A DNA stretch of 63,735 nucleotides, the filler included, from Chiloscyllium plagiosum (Eukaryota), in assembly GCF_004010195.1 (NCBI RefSeq). It is 3 parts of one record of this genome, joined end to end, with 100 filler letters (N's around TTAATTAATTAA, not from the genome) between each part and the next. Parts side by side here need not be neighbours in the genome. Positions count along the whole stretch, not along the records: positions 1 to 24,881 come from NC_057715.1; 2 more parts are not named here. The stretch is one strand, 5' to 3'. The notes under the pieces are model-generated. The model was not told the origin of the DNA and made no database searches. It saw only the letters and a program-made list of their open reading frames with translations. Made by a program: the position numbers and the translations under genes. Shown piece by piece: positions 11,633-23,780 of the stretch; the first letter of the stretch is position 1, and every line of letters starts with the position of its first letter.

Positions 11633-12663
11633 CATGTGATGGTATATGATGGGTTTAACAGGATTAGGATCAATTTGCTAATGCTCAATGGATTCACAGC
11701 ATTCTTTATGAGCTAACATGGTCAGCGCTCCGCACATGCCACTAAATTCTGATGGAACATGAAACGATCCCTGACAATTCCTCCAATGAGACGGAATGTT
11801 GCACTTTGTACCGTGTGGAAAATCAAGGCTTGGCTCATGCATTAAGCACCGTTTCTGCCAAGATTTGATCCGTGTCTTTCAGTAATGAATGGAGCAATCT
11901 GCAAACATCCTCCGTATCATTGTCACCTCAGTTCAGTAGGGCTCATCCCTCAGAGGTCTACCCCACGTGGCTCAGCTGGGAACTCTGCTGGCTCAATGAG
12001 GGTGGGACTGGGACCACAGGCCAGGATGATCACAGCTCTGATCCCTATCTCCCACCACCATCTCCCTTCCCTCCGTAATCTGGGAAAGCTGTTTCCAGGC
12101 AGGGTGCATCTGCCATTAGCATCTCAAACTAAAGAGGGGAAATGTCTCCATCGGCCAAGGGTCCCCTCTACGTGGGTGACTCCTTTCTTGAAAATAAATA
12201 TTTGCCAAACACAGAGTAAGGGCTGAACCATAAATCCCAAACGGCAAATTGGCTCCTCGGCACTCCTTGTCTAGTCTCAGAGAGTTGAGGCACCATAGTA
12301 AGAGGAAGGGCAAGGGTGTCAAAGACCCACCACAGCATATGGTCGAGAGTCTGGCTGGGGGGGCGGGGGGAGGTGAGAAACCCCTGGGGAAACAAAGCAT
12401 ACAATCTCAAGTAAAGAAGTCCCATTCAATTAATCCCCCACCATTTTCCCCCCAGAGACACTCACTTCCCACCCCCCACCCCCAAATCCTTAGACCCCCA
12501 GCTCTCCCCGTCAATGGAAATTTATTCTGTGAAGCAAGTCAGCATTCAAGATGAAGAAAAAGAGAAAAAAAAAACCCTCAGAATGCACACGGAAGGTGCA
12601 TGGCTTACGTAAAGAAAGAAAGAAAGAAAAAAATGGGTTGGAAGACGTTGAAAGGTTGGTTCT

Positions 12664-12669
12664 CATGCA
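12664..12669 (-). promoter_or_regulatory. Candidate RBFOX element (UGCAUG) about 50 nt downstream of the A2 donor
   Basis: Plus-strand catgca equals minus-strand TGCATG, in the position typical of inclusion-promoting RBFOX sites. Confidence 0.4.
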
Positions 12670-12718
12670 TTGGGGGGAGGTGTGTGTGGGGAGGGGGGTC
12701 GAGCACAAAAAAAAATAC

Positions 12719-12778
12719 CTTCATCTTCATCACCATGATTACTGGTTATATCATCAGCGTGTTTCTTTGTGTTGGCTC
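12719..12778 (-). CDS. nlgn4: Neuroligin splice-site A2 alternative cassette exon, 60 nt, phase 1-1
   Basis: Minus strand reads cttttttcttgaacctag|GAGCCAACACAAAG...GATGAAGATGAAG|gtattt and translates to (G)ANTKKHADDITSNHGDEDE, close to the recalled human NLGN4X insert GANTKKNADDITSNDRGEDE. It is frame-preserving and phase-compatible with the 11094 exon. Confidence 0.9.
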
Positions 12779-13829
12779 CTAGGTTCAAGAAAAAAGATGA
12801 GGAGAACAAAGGGAAAAAGAGAATTCAAAAAAACAGCAAAGGTTTTTTGCCAAAAAGAAGTGAACATTTCTTTAAAGGAGAGAAAAAAAAATCTTCTGGA
12901 AAAAAAAAAGATTCTCAGTGTAACAAGGTAATACCATAAAAGCTTCGGCTGCTGTGAGGCTTAAATATCGTAAAACAATTGTTTAATCTCAAAAAGTAGG
13001 AGGTCACGAAATGGACCGAGGGTCAAGAAGTTCAACAGCAAGAATTGGTCTTTCTCAGCACGAGATTCCAAAAAAAAAAGACAATTGAGCATTAAGAAAT
13101 TCAAAAGCACAAGAGAAAAAAAAGTCAAGGATTTTTCTAAACATCCATGTTTATCAAACAATAGTCCTTCTAGTTAAAATGATCAACCGCATCACAGGCA
13201 GAACTCTGGAGCTAGGAGATCTACCCCCCACACGGTCATACTATCAATGGAAGTGCAAAACATTCTCACAGTATCCAGTTAAGAACAAAGGTTAGTTTGA
13301 TCTGATAAAATAATTAGTGGTGAATATATGGATTTGCCAACACTCGCCTGTAATTAAAAAGTCACCTGGTTTTTGAAAAGAAATTTCTTTAGAAAGGATG
13401 GATTTGGTATTCCCCACTTAACTCACTCCAAAGGTACACAGGAATAAGAGGTTAAGGTTTTCAGTGAATTGTCAATGTTCTGGAGATGTTGCCACTCTTC
13501 CACCCTAACCTTCCCATTGCCATTCAACTTGATAAAATAGTGGCAGCCTTAATCATAGTTTAGGATGTCTCTATCAAGTACACTGGACAAGACCATATAC
13601 ACACAATGTTCAGAAACCTTGGAGATGATCCACTGTGTGAGGCATCAGGAAGACCTATAGTGCTGGACATCATGAAGACCCTTATTGCTGGGTGTTATAA
13701 AGGACCATGTTATGGGGCCTCACAAAGACAGGGAGAAATTGGGAAGAAGGCATTGTGAATCAAGTAACGATGGTTAGGTGATGCCAAACCTGCAACTTAA
13801 TGACATAAAGACAAGGAAAGCAGAAAAAA

Positions 13830-14240
13830 TGGCATTTACACAACACTATTTACAATCTTTGGATGACTCAAATCACTTCCCATGTTTTGAAGTGTGCTTC
13901 TATTTGTAATGTGGCAAACACAGCTCCCATTATTGTACACAGCAAGCTCCCACAAATAGCAACATTATACCCAATTAGGAAATGTCTTTTCTTGATAATG
14001 GTGATTCAGACATAAATATTGGCCCAGATAAACTTCATGAATTACCTTCAAATTTGTGCTGTTCAATCCTTTACAGCTAACTACTCTCTTGATTTAACAT
14101 CTTGCCTGAAAAGCAGTGTCTCTCTCAGTGCTAGTCCGTAGTGGCCACTTGGATGACATTCTCAAATTTCGAGAGCAAGGACTTGAGCTGACAATCTTCT
14201 AACTCCACATGCAACTAACTGAGCCATAACTGACACTTAG
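13830..14240 (-). mobile_element. Deu-domain SINE (SacSINE1/AmnSINE1-like), old
   Basis: cacagcaagctcccacaaatagcaa and ataaatattggcc are the reverse complement of the Deu-domain core; a tRNA-like head remnant lies near 14180-14240. Confidence 0.65.
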
Positions 14241-14972
14241 ACAGAAGAAGGGTTCTGAGATCTTGAGCAAGAATGATTTGGAACAATGCATCTCAGATTT
14301 GGTGTAATGAGAATGGGGGGGGTGAATTAAATGAGTACTGTACAGTTAATACTTGGAACTTGAGAGGGATTGGAAAGAACAGATCAAACTCCAGCAAAGC
14401 AGAGACAAAGAGGAAAGGTGGAAGGGAAGGTTTGGAATTAAATCAGAAGAATTCAATTGTGAATGGACAAACAACCATACCAAATGGCCTGAATGGAACT
14501 CTTACTCAGAAAAGATCAGAGATCGACTTGAGGTGTTTTTCATTCCCCTCAGGGTCAGAGACTGAAAACACTAAAGAATTGCTCAAAATCAGAGATGCCC
14601 TTACAAAATCTAATGAATGTAGTTTAAATATGACAAACAGATCAATAATCCGGAAATACAAGGGCTGAGAGTCCAATGTTGCTGAAAAATCACAATGCAA
14701 TTAAACTGAACAATTAAATAATGCTAAAGGAGATGCTGCAACTCACTAAAGGAGTGAGGAGCATCTGAAAATCTCATCTCACTGCCGTCTTAGTCCATGA
14801 GAACACAAATCTGGAAAGCACCCATAATTAGGGCTATGGGTTGCTTTATCACTGCATTAAGCAACAAAGCAAATGATATTACAATACACTTTGCTGGAGA
14901 TAAGTTGCAAATTTGCAAGAAGCTTCTAGGGAGCAAATCTTTCTCCTAATGGACCCTTGAGTCTTTGGTTAG

Positions 14973-15112
14973 GTTCTGAGGAACAGTCACTGGACCCAAA
15001 ACATTAACTCTGCTTTCTCTCCACAGGTGCTGCCAGACCTGCTGAACTTTTCCAAAAACTTTTCTGTTTTTGTTTTTTTTTGATTTACAGCATCTGCAAC
15101 TCTCTCGGTTTT
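14973..15112 (+). mobile_element. Penelope pLTR-derived element, family B (degenerate hammerhead)
   Basis: ctgaggaacagtcactggacccaaaacattaactctgctttctctccacag.tgctgccagacctgctga; related copies near 17975, 25825, 26965, 34325, 38092, 39150, 58352 and 58875. Confidence 0.7.
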
Positions 15113-15852
15113 CATGGCTAACCTTCTACTGCAATATCATGGGCTTCAAACACCTCAAGCACTGTAATATTAACATCCACAGTCTGACCACTCTCTAGGT
15201 TTCCTCTAAAATTCCCTCTGGAGTTATTTTCTGACTATCTCCATCAGTGGTCTTTTGTTTAAATTCTCCCTGATAACAGGAAACTTTCTCTCTGTATCCA
15301 CTCAGAGGTCTTTCATAACTCGAAAGGCCTCTTTAGTCTGCTCCTTTCAAGAGAAAAGGGATTAATGCTGCTCATCCTTTCCAGATAGAGATATCATGGA
15401 ATGATTGAGAAAGCAAATCCATTGAGGGAGCTTCTGAAACACCATAGAGTATTTCTCAATGGTCCCAGGTGTGGAGCGGGAATACAGGCCCCATTGCTGT
15501 CCATTGATTTGCCTCCATCACTGGAAAATTAATTGAGTAAGTGCCTCCAGAGAATGGGATCAGGTTCAATCCACATGGTCAGATGGGCATGCCAAGATTC
15601 TCTATCGAGTTGGCACTCATGAAATAGCTGCTAGGGCAGCATGCCCAGAGTGATACCAGTGCCAGTGAAACCAAACTGAAACCTGAGTCAGGTCTTTCAG
15701 AGGGGGAGGTGGAGAGTCTGGATGAAGAAAAACCAGCCTGCAATTCAAGCATTGTGAGGTTAGGTAGCAATTTTTCAAATACAACAATAGGATGTGTTGA
15801 TTCTTCACGGAGCACACAGCCAGGCCAGCAGTACAAAATCTTTTTAAAAGAT

Positions 15853-16160
15853 TCATTCACAGGACGAGGATGACACTGACGTGGCTAGCATTTATTGTCC
15901 ATCCTTAATTGCCCAAAGACTCAACCACATTGCTGTGGGTCTGGAGTCCCATATAGGCCACACCAGGTAAGGATGGCAGTTTCATTCCCTAAAGGACATT
16001 AGTGAACCAGATGGGATTTTCCAACAATCAACCATAGATGCATGGGCATCATGAGACTCTTAATCCCATCTGCAGTTGTAGGTTTCAAACCCATGTCCCT
16101 GGAACATTGCCCAAGTCTCTGGGCAATGCTGATACCACTCGGGGGCACCATTGCCTCCCC
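15853..16160 (-). mobile_element. tRNA-derived SINE of the second family
   Basis: Antisense head (gataccactc...ttgcctcccc; ggtttcaaaccc) and LINE-like tail gcatttattgtccatccttaattgccc. Confidence 0.75.
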
Positions 16161-16544
16161 TCAGCAACAACAATGGTGATAAGATTCCTCATCCCCCTCA
16201 CTGTCACTGTAACTCTGCTACCGTATGTTAGACTTGGAGATCACATGAGTAATTTCCCAGTAAATATCTGCATTGGGGTTTTTGCGAACAGCTGAGGAGG
16301 GAGAATTGGTACACTTCTTTTAAATACAGTCTTAGTTAATCCAAGCAAATACTTTTATTTATTTTTAACATTCATCCACGTTTCATTTTACCTTAATTAA
16401 CAATATACCTCATTATATCAAAATGAAGGAGCTAATTACAAAGTCTTCATGAATAAAGAACAAAGAATTTTATCTGCTGATCACATGATATCAGATAAGC
16501 ACATGAACACAGGCAACAGGTTTAAAAGACAGAGTAAAGCAAAG

Positions 16545-16945
16545 AATAGGCTCGGGCTGTTTTACCTGGAGCATCGGAGGCTGAGGGGTGGCCTTATTAG
16601 AGGTTTATAAAATCATGGATAAGGTGAATAGCCAAGGGTAGGGGAGTCCTAAACTAGAGTTTTAAAGTGAGATGGGAAACATTTAAAAGGGACCAATAAA
16701 GCAACATCTCATGATTAGGATGGTGCGCATTTGGAACGAATTGCCAGAGGAGGTGGTGGCGGCTGGTACAATCACAACATCGAAAAGGCATCTGGATGGG
16801 TACATGAATAGGAAGGGGATAGAGGGATATGGGCCAAATACTAGCAAATGGGACTAGGCCAGTTTAGGCTATCTGGTCGGCATGAACAAGTTGGACTGAA
16901 TGGTCTGTTTCCATACTGCATAACTTTGTGAATCTATAACTCTAT
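16545..16945 (+). mobile_element. CR1 3' fragment
   Basis: ggaggctgaggggtg...tggaacgaattgccagaggagg...tail. Confidence 0.9.
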
Positions 16946-18150
16946 AATAACAGCTATATAGTTAGAGACCTTGAAATTTTAGATCTTTTAACGTAACATC
17001 ACAGTTATTTAATTTTTCATTGGTATACTCAACTGTGACAAATTTTGCAGATATTTTTGAGCTCTTTGTGAATGCCTGGTATCTTAATTGTGTTTTCACT
17101 GAATGTTGTCTTCTGAAAAGTTAAGAGAAACAGAGAGAGATAGACATCTCACTCTTGTTGTTGGAAATTTGCTTTTCTTTCTCTCTGAGCTGCTGCCACT
17201 GAAATATGGTTGGTTTCTGTATTGTCAAGCCTGGTTTCATTGCCTTTCCAAGCTGAACAGTTACAGGTAAATAACAATGCCCTAAATATTAACTTATCAC
17301 AAAGGTGAAAGTTAAAAGAGGAAATACAATCTTTTTGATGCTGACTCGGTTGTCTGATTTCAATGCCTTAATGGAAACTAATTTCCATGCAAGCAGCTTT
17401 GTTCATAGCAATAGGTCTCCTGGACTTGGTTCAATCTGTGCTCAGGGAACACAGCAGCTATTTTAGGTCAGTGCATCTCATTTTCTTGAAGTCATTTTAC
17501 TTCATGAAAGTCTTGCATATAAGATTCAGATAATGCAAGTCGAAAGTTAAAGTTTGCAATTAAGTTGAAACTTACCACGATCATAACAGGATCAATTCTT
17601 TCTCCTCTTGTCCTGAACCTATATTTTGTCTCTTCTGTACAGCCATTGACATTGTCTTGATTACTTGCTCTATGACTGACAGATAGGCAGATTCTTCATC
17701 AGGAAGGGAATCAAAATGAAGGAGCTAATTACAAAGGGAATCAAGGGCTTTGGGAAAAGGCAAGACACTGGAGTTAGGGATTATCAGATCGGCCGTTTTC
17801 TCATCAAATGGCAGAACAGACTCAATGGACTGAATGGCGTGCCTCTGCTCCGATAGATTATGGTCTTACCTTTCATCTCAAAACTCCCTTGCCCTCTCAC
17901 CTTTCCCTTTTCTTCCATTTCACACTCTCCCCCCTCCACCCCCCAAAAATGTTTCCAACAACACTGCTCATCAGGTTTGTAGAAGAATCACATTGGACTC
18001 AAAACATTAACTCTGCTTCTCTCTCCACAGTTACTGCCAGACCTGCTGAGCTTTTTCAGCAATTTCTGCTTCTATTTTTGCTTGCCGCCTCAGTTTGAGC
18101 AAGTCACCTGTCTTTGAGAAAACCTAAATTGGCTTCCTACATTACATTGT

Positions 18151-18467
18151 GGGCGGCACGGCGGCACGGTGGTTAGCACTGCTGCCTCACAGTGCCAGAG
18201 ACCCGGGTTCAATACCCGCCTCAAGCGACTGACTGTGTGGAGTTTGCATGCTCTCCCCGTGTCTGTGTGGGTTTCCTCCAGGTGCTCCGGTTTCCTCCCA
18301 CAGTCCAAAGATGTGCAGGTCAGGTGAATTGGCCATGCTAAATTGCCCGTAGTGTTAGGTAAAGTGTACATGTAGATGTATGGGTAGGTTGCGCTTCGGC
18401 GGGGCGGTGTGGACTTGTTGGGCCGAAGGGCCTGTTTCCACACTGTAAGTAATCTAATCTAATCTAA
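18151..18467 (+). mobile_element. HE1-like V-SINE, full length, young subfamily, (aatct)n tail
   Basis: gggcggcacgg head, CpG-rich, intact boxes. Confidence 0.95.
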
Positions 18468-19120
18468 AACATAGCATTGATCATTTCATTACATGGTTAT
18501 AAGTGTGGTTAAAATGTTCTCATACCCCACACAGAAACCAATAGATGCATCTAGAATGTACCTTGTACATCTAATGGTTACTCTCGAAATTCACATCAGA
18601 AATTCAGCTCTTTACAGCTTCAGACAACTTGCTTCTCTAGAATTTGTATTCATATTGTGCCTTTCTTGTTCCAGATCCTCCCAAACTGTTTCACAACTAA
18701 CGAGTAAATTTCTCAGTGCATCACTGAAAACACTAGAGCCCATTTGTGCACAGGAAGGTTCCATAGCCAGCAGTGAGCTAATTGGCTCAAACTGTCTGCT
18801 ACTTTACAATACCTGGTGCATTTACAGTTCTTCACATTCAGGATGACCTCTCATTGTGAGGAGATGTGGCTGCAGCAAAACGTATCAGTTCATTGCAGCA
18901 ACATAATGTGAATTGAGTGGGCCAGAGCATCCATATTCTATGTACCTGTCGAGAATATGAAGAGGTTAATTTATGTATTTTGCCTAAGAATTGATTGTTT
19001 TCTTGGTCAAATACATCTTCTGTTCAATTAGAAAACTATTGCTTTTATTCCTAATCTCCAACCCAAGCCACACAGGCATATCTGCATGGCTAGTATCTAC
19101 CTAGTGCAGTATTAAGGTGC

Positions 19121-19645
19121 ACAGAGTCATAGAGATGTACTTCACAGAATAGATTCTTCAGTCCAACTTGTCCATGCCGACCAGATATCCCAAACTAATC
19201 TAGTCCCATTTGTCAGCATTTGGCTCTTTTAAACCCTTCCTATTCACATACCCATCCAGATGCCTTTTAAATTTTGTTATTGTATCAGCCTCCACCACTT
19301 CCTCTGGCAGCTCATTCCATACATGCACCACACCCTCAAAGTTGACCCTTAGGTCCCTTTTAAATCTTTCCCCTTTCACCTTAAACTTACGTACCCTAGT
19401 TTTGGACTCCTCCCACCCCATGGAAAAGACCTTGTTTATTTATCCTATCTATGTCCCTCATGATTTTGTAAACCTCTATAAGATCACCCCTTAGCATCTG
19501 ATGCCCCAGCCTATTCAGCTTCCCCCTACAGCTCAAACCGTCCAACCCTGGCAACATGCTTGTAAATCTTTTCTGAACCCTTTAATATTTCACAAATCTT
19601 TCCTACAGCAGGGAGAGCAGAACTGAACAGTGTTCCAAAAGTGTT
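19121..19645 (-). mobile_element. CR1 3' fragment
   Basis: Minus ORF VHVWNELPEEVVEADTITKFKRHLDGY. Confidence 0.92.
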
Positions 19646-20058
19646 GGCAAGAGTCAAGGCTTTGCGATTCAGAAGTGTGTACACGAACATTGCTGCGAAT
19701 AAACCACATAAAACCTTTGAAGATCACTCATACAAAGCATTGTTCAGGTTCCCATGTTTGATCAGCCAGGACCACCCTTGCTGGTATCATATCAGCTTGC
19801 TGATTGGTTCCCTGCCAAGCAGAATTCAAGCTAACATTAGCACCTCACTCTCATTCCTATTAATGAGCTAAACTAGCTGGTCAACCTCCAACATACAGAA
19901 TGCAGCAGAGCTGCCCGAGTTATATAGGATTGAGTAGATTCTAGTCTTCCTCTGCCAGTCTGTCATCTTTTGCATTTACAATAGATCTCTAAGAGGTCCT
20001 TCTGAATTCATTTGGCGAATTTCTATGTGTAGGTGCATTCTAAGGTAAATAAGATAGA

Positions 20059-20393
20059 GGGCGGCACGGTGGCTCAGTGTTAGCACTGCTGCCTCACAGC
20101 ACCAGGGTCCCAGGTTCAATTCCAGCCTTGGGTGACTGTCTGTTTGGAGTTTACACATTCTCCCCGTGTCTGTGTGGGTTTCCTCCGGGAGCTCCGGTTT
20201 CCTCCCACAATCCAAAGATGTGCAGGTTAGGTGAACTGGCCATGCTAAATTGCCCGTAGTGTTAGGTAAGGGGTTAATGTAGGGGTATGGGTGGGTTGCG
20301 CTTCGGCGGGGCGGTGTGGACTTGTTGGGCCAAAGGGCCTGTTTCCACACTGTAATGTAATGTAAAATGTAAAAATGTAATGTAATGTAATCT
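20059..20393 (+). mobile_element. HE1-like V-SINE, full length, (tgtaa)n tail
   Basis: Consensus head, V-domain and tail. Confidence 0.95.
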
Positions 20394-20479
20394 ATCCAGA
20401 CCAATGTTAGCCAATGATTAGGAATTAAAAGAACACTTTTACTTTCTTATAGTCATTCATTGGACACAAGGTTCCTAAT

Positions 20480-22462
20480 GTTAGACTGATTAGCAAGGTT
20501 CGATCACATGGAATACAGGGAGAACCAGCCATTTGGATTCAGAACTGGCTCAAAGACAGAAGGTGGTGGTGGAGGGTTACTTTTCAGACTGGAGGCCTGT
20601 GACCAGTGGTGTGCCACAAGGATCATTGTTGGGTCCACTGCTTTTCATCATTTATATAAATGATTTGGATGTGTGAGCATAGGAGGTATGGTTAGTAAGT
20701 TTTCAGATGACATCAAAATTGGGAGTGTAGGGACTACAAAGAAGGTTACCTCAGAGTACAATGAGATCTTGATCAGATGGGCCAAAGGGCCAAGGAGTGG
20801 CAGATGGAGTTTAATTTGAATCAATATGAGGTCCTGAATTTTGGAAAGGCAAATCAGAGCAGAACTTATGCATTTAATAGACAATAGACAATAGACAATA
20901 GACAATAGGTGCAGGAGTAGGCCATTCAGCCCTTCGAGCCTGCACCGCCATTCAATATAATCATGGCTGATCATTCCTAATCAGTATCCTGTTCTTGCCT
21001 TATCTCCATAACCCTTGATTCCACTATCTTTGAGAGCTCTATCCAACTCTTTCTTAAATGAATCCAGAGAGTGGGCCTCCACTGCCCTCTGGGGCAGAGC
21101 ATTCCACACAGCCACCACTCTCTGGGTGAAGAAGTTTCTCCTGAGCTCTGTCCGAAATTGTCTACCCCGTATTTTTAAGCTGTGTCCTCTGGTTCGGCAC
21201 TCACCCATCAGCGGAAACATGTTTCCTGCTACCAGAGTGTCCAATCCTTTCATAATCTCATACGTCTCAATCAGATCCCCCCTCAGTCTTCTAATCTCAA
21301 GGGTATACAAGCCCAGTCGCTTCAGTCTTTCAGTGTAAGGTAATCCTGCCATTCCAGGAATTGACCTCGTGAATCTACGCTGCACTCCCTCAATAGCCAG
21401 AATGTCTTTTCTCAAATTTGGAGACCAGAACTGCACACAGTACTCCAGGTATGGTCTCACCAGGGCCCTGTACAGCTGCAGAAGCACCTCTTTGCTTCTA
21501 TACTCAATTCCTCTTGTTATGAAGGCCAGCATGCTATTAGCCTTCTTCACTACCTGCTATACCTGCATGCTTGCCTTCATTGACTGGTGTACAAGAACAC
21601 CCAGATCTCTCTGTACTGCCCCTTTACATAAATTGATTCCATTGAGGTAGTAGTCTGCCTTCCTGTTCTTGCCACCAAAGTGGATAACCATACATTTATC
21701 CACATTAAACTGCATCTGCCATGCATCTGCCCACTCACTTAACTTGTCCAGGTCACTCTGTAATCTCCTAACATCCTCATCACATTTCACCCTGCCACCC
21801 AGCTTTGTATCATCAGCAAATTTGCTAATGTTATTGCTGATACTATCTTCTATATCATTAACATATATTGTAAAAAGCTGCGGTCCCAGCACGGATCCCT
21901 GCGGTACCCCACTGGTCACTGCCTGCCATTCCGAAATGGAGCCGTTTATCACTACCCTTTGTTTCCTATTAGCCAACCAATTTTCAATCCATTTTAATGC
22001 TAAGTTCTTGGGGAGTGTTGCTGAGCAAAGAGACCTTGGCGCGCAGGTTCATAGTTCCATGAAAGTGGAGTCCCAAGTACATACGATGGTGAAGAAGGTG
22101 TTTGATAAGCTTGCGTTTATTGGTCAGTGGCTTAAGTATAAGAGTTGGGGGGTAATGTTGCAGCTGTACAGGACATTGGTTAGACCACTTATGGAATGCT
22201 GCATGCAAGTCTGGTCTCTTTCCTATCGGAAGGATGTTGTGAAACTTGAAAGAATTCAAAAAAGATTTACAAGGATGTTACCAGAATTGGAGGGTTTGAG
22301 CTAGAGGGAGGCTGAATCCATTGGGGCTGTTTTCCCTGGTGCGTCGGAAGCTGAGGGGTGACTTTATAGAGGCTTGTAATATCATGCGAGGCATTGATAG
22401 AATAAATAGACAAGGTATTTTCCCTGGGTTGGGGGAAGTCCAGAACTAGAGGGCATAGCTTT
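20480..22462 (+). mobile_element. CR1 RT fragment split by a younger antisense CR1
   Basis: VTSGVPQGS...FSDDIK on the left; KFLGSVAEQRDLG...LYRTLVRP continues from 21999. Confidence 0.9.
20879..21992 (-). mobile_element. Young 5'-truncated CR1 (RT C-terminal half, one nonsense codon), (tctattg)n tail
   Basis: In-frame ORFs 21976-21557 and 21550-20981 with SGVPQGSVLGP, KFADDTK and EYCVQFWSP; CAG>TAG at 21559-21557. Confidence 0.97.
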
Positions 22463-22464
22463 AG

Positions 22465-22700
22465 GCGTCACTAGCTGGGACCAGCATTTATTACCCAACT
22501 CCAATTGCCCCTTGAGTTGGCAGTGGTGAGTCACCAGCTTGAATGGCTGCAGTTCATGTGCTGTAGGCAGACCCACGATCCTGCAAGAGTTCCAGGATTT
22601 TGACCCAGTCACAGTAAAGGTGCAGTGATACATTTCCAAGTCAGGATGGTGAGTGACTTAGAGGGGCACTTGCAGTTGGTGGTGTTGCCAGTCTTGCCCT
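22465..22700 (-). mobile_element. 3' end of the CR1/L2-group LINE
   Basis: ccagcatttattaccc...catttccaagtcaggatggtgagtgactt. Confidence 0.7.
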
Positions 22701-23044
22701 TTACAATCCGTGTCAATGACAGATGAGGCTAAATTTAGCACATGGAACATATAATTAAAAGTGTGAATGCGTTTGTGTTTGAGTCCATGTTCTAATTCCA
22801 GATCATAATTTAGATGTTAACCGGTGTTTGCCACTGCTTTTAGGAACAAGTTTTGCGTCATAAAAAATGATTGTTTTGAGATCATCAAACAAGCTTTATG
22901 AAAATCAATTTTGTACAATGGTTACAAAAAATAATCAGTAGGCCATTTTGGTGTTTGAATCAACACATTCATATTGACAGAGCGACTGGCAGGAGCTTAA
23001 TTATTAGCGCACAATCACTGTCACAGATGTAACACACAGAGAAC

Positions 23045-23500
23045 ATGGCACAGTGGCTCAGTGGTCAGCATTGTTGCCTCACAGCACTAGGGACCCGGGT
23101 TTGATTCCAGCCTTGGGCGACTGTCCGTTCTGTGTTTGCACATTCTCCTGTGTCTGCATGAATTTCCTCCCACAGTCTAAAGATGTGCAGGTTAAGTGAA
23201 TTGATCATACTAAATTGCCCATAATGTTCAGGGATGTTCAGGTTGGATGCATTAGTTCGGGGGAAATGTAGGGTTGGGGAATGGGTCTGGGTGGATTACT
23301 CTTTGGAGGGTCGGCGTGGACTTGTTGGGCTGAATGACAAAAGTGAGGACTGCAGATGCTGGAAACCAGAGCTTAGATCAGGGTGGTGCTGGAAAAGCAC
23401 AGCAGGTCAGGCAGCATCTGAGGAGCAGGAAAATCGACATTTCGGGCAAAAGCCCTTCATCAGGAATGTTGGGCCGAATGGCCTATTTTCCGTACTGTAA
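23045..23500 (+). mobile_element. HE1-like V-SINE carrying a pLTR insertion in its tail
   Basis: Consensus SINE interrupted at 23337-23466. Confidence 0.9.
23337..23466 (-). mobile_element. Solo Penelope pLTR family A (130 bp) with 14-bp TSD
   Basis: TSD tgttgggc(t/c)gaatg at 23323-23336 and 23467-23480; minus strand CTGATGAagggcttttgcccGAAATgtc. Confidence 0.88.
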
Positions 23501-23564
23501 GGTTTCTAAAAAGAAGATACTGTACAATTAAATACTTACAAGCAGAATTCACTTCCATACAAAG

Positions 23565-23780
23565 AGTCAGTTAGCTGGATGGCTGGTTTGTGATGTAGTG
23601 ACATCAACAGTGTGGGGTTCAATTCCGACACTGGCTGAGATTATTGCAAAGGACTCTCCTCAACCTCTCCCGCCTTGCCTGAGGCCTGATAACCCTCAGG
23701 TTAAACCATAACCAGACATCCCACTCTCTCATGAGATAGCAGTCCTATATTCTGATAAAACCATGAGGGAACTTTAACCC
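23565..23780 (+). mobile_element. Probable additional tRNA-derived SINE
   Basis: A-box-like cagttagctgg, B-box ggttcaattcc, internal hairpin cctgagg...cctcagg. Confidence 0.4.

Larger units (their letters stand above)
11095..12718 (-). other. Neuroligin intron between the A2 exon and the 150-nt exon (1624 nt, GT-AG)
   Basis: Donor GT at 12718-12717 and acceptor AG at 11096-11095. Confidence 0.85.

Noticed and set aside
11318..11716. 132-aa His/Thr-rich ORF
   Set aside because: Translation of a CA-rich simple repeat.
12551..12931. 126-aa lysine-rich plus-strand ORF
   Set aside because: It is the antisense reading of U-rich intron flanks and the A2 exon; low complexity.
17576..17680. Minus-strand open stretch ending in a GTAAG donor (…NGCTEETKYRFRTRGERIDPVMIV)
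   Set aside because: Weak acceptor, wrong end phase for the neuroligin phase-1 intron, and no similarity to the A1 insert.
18151..18225. tRNA-like sequences with A/B boxes
   Set aside because: These are SINE heads continuous with the V-domain and LINE tail, not stand-alone tRNA genes.
18090..18443. Recurrent ORFs with NLAWPIHLTCTSLDCGRK or QWLALLPHS that look like a gene family
   Set aside because: All are readings of HE1 SINE copies.
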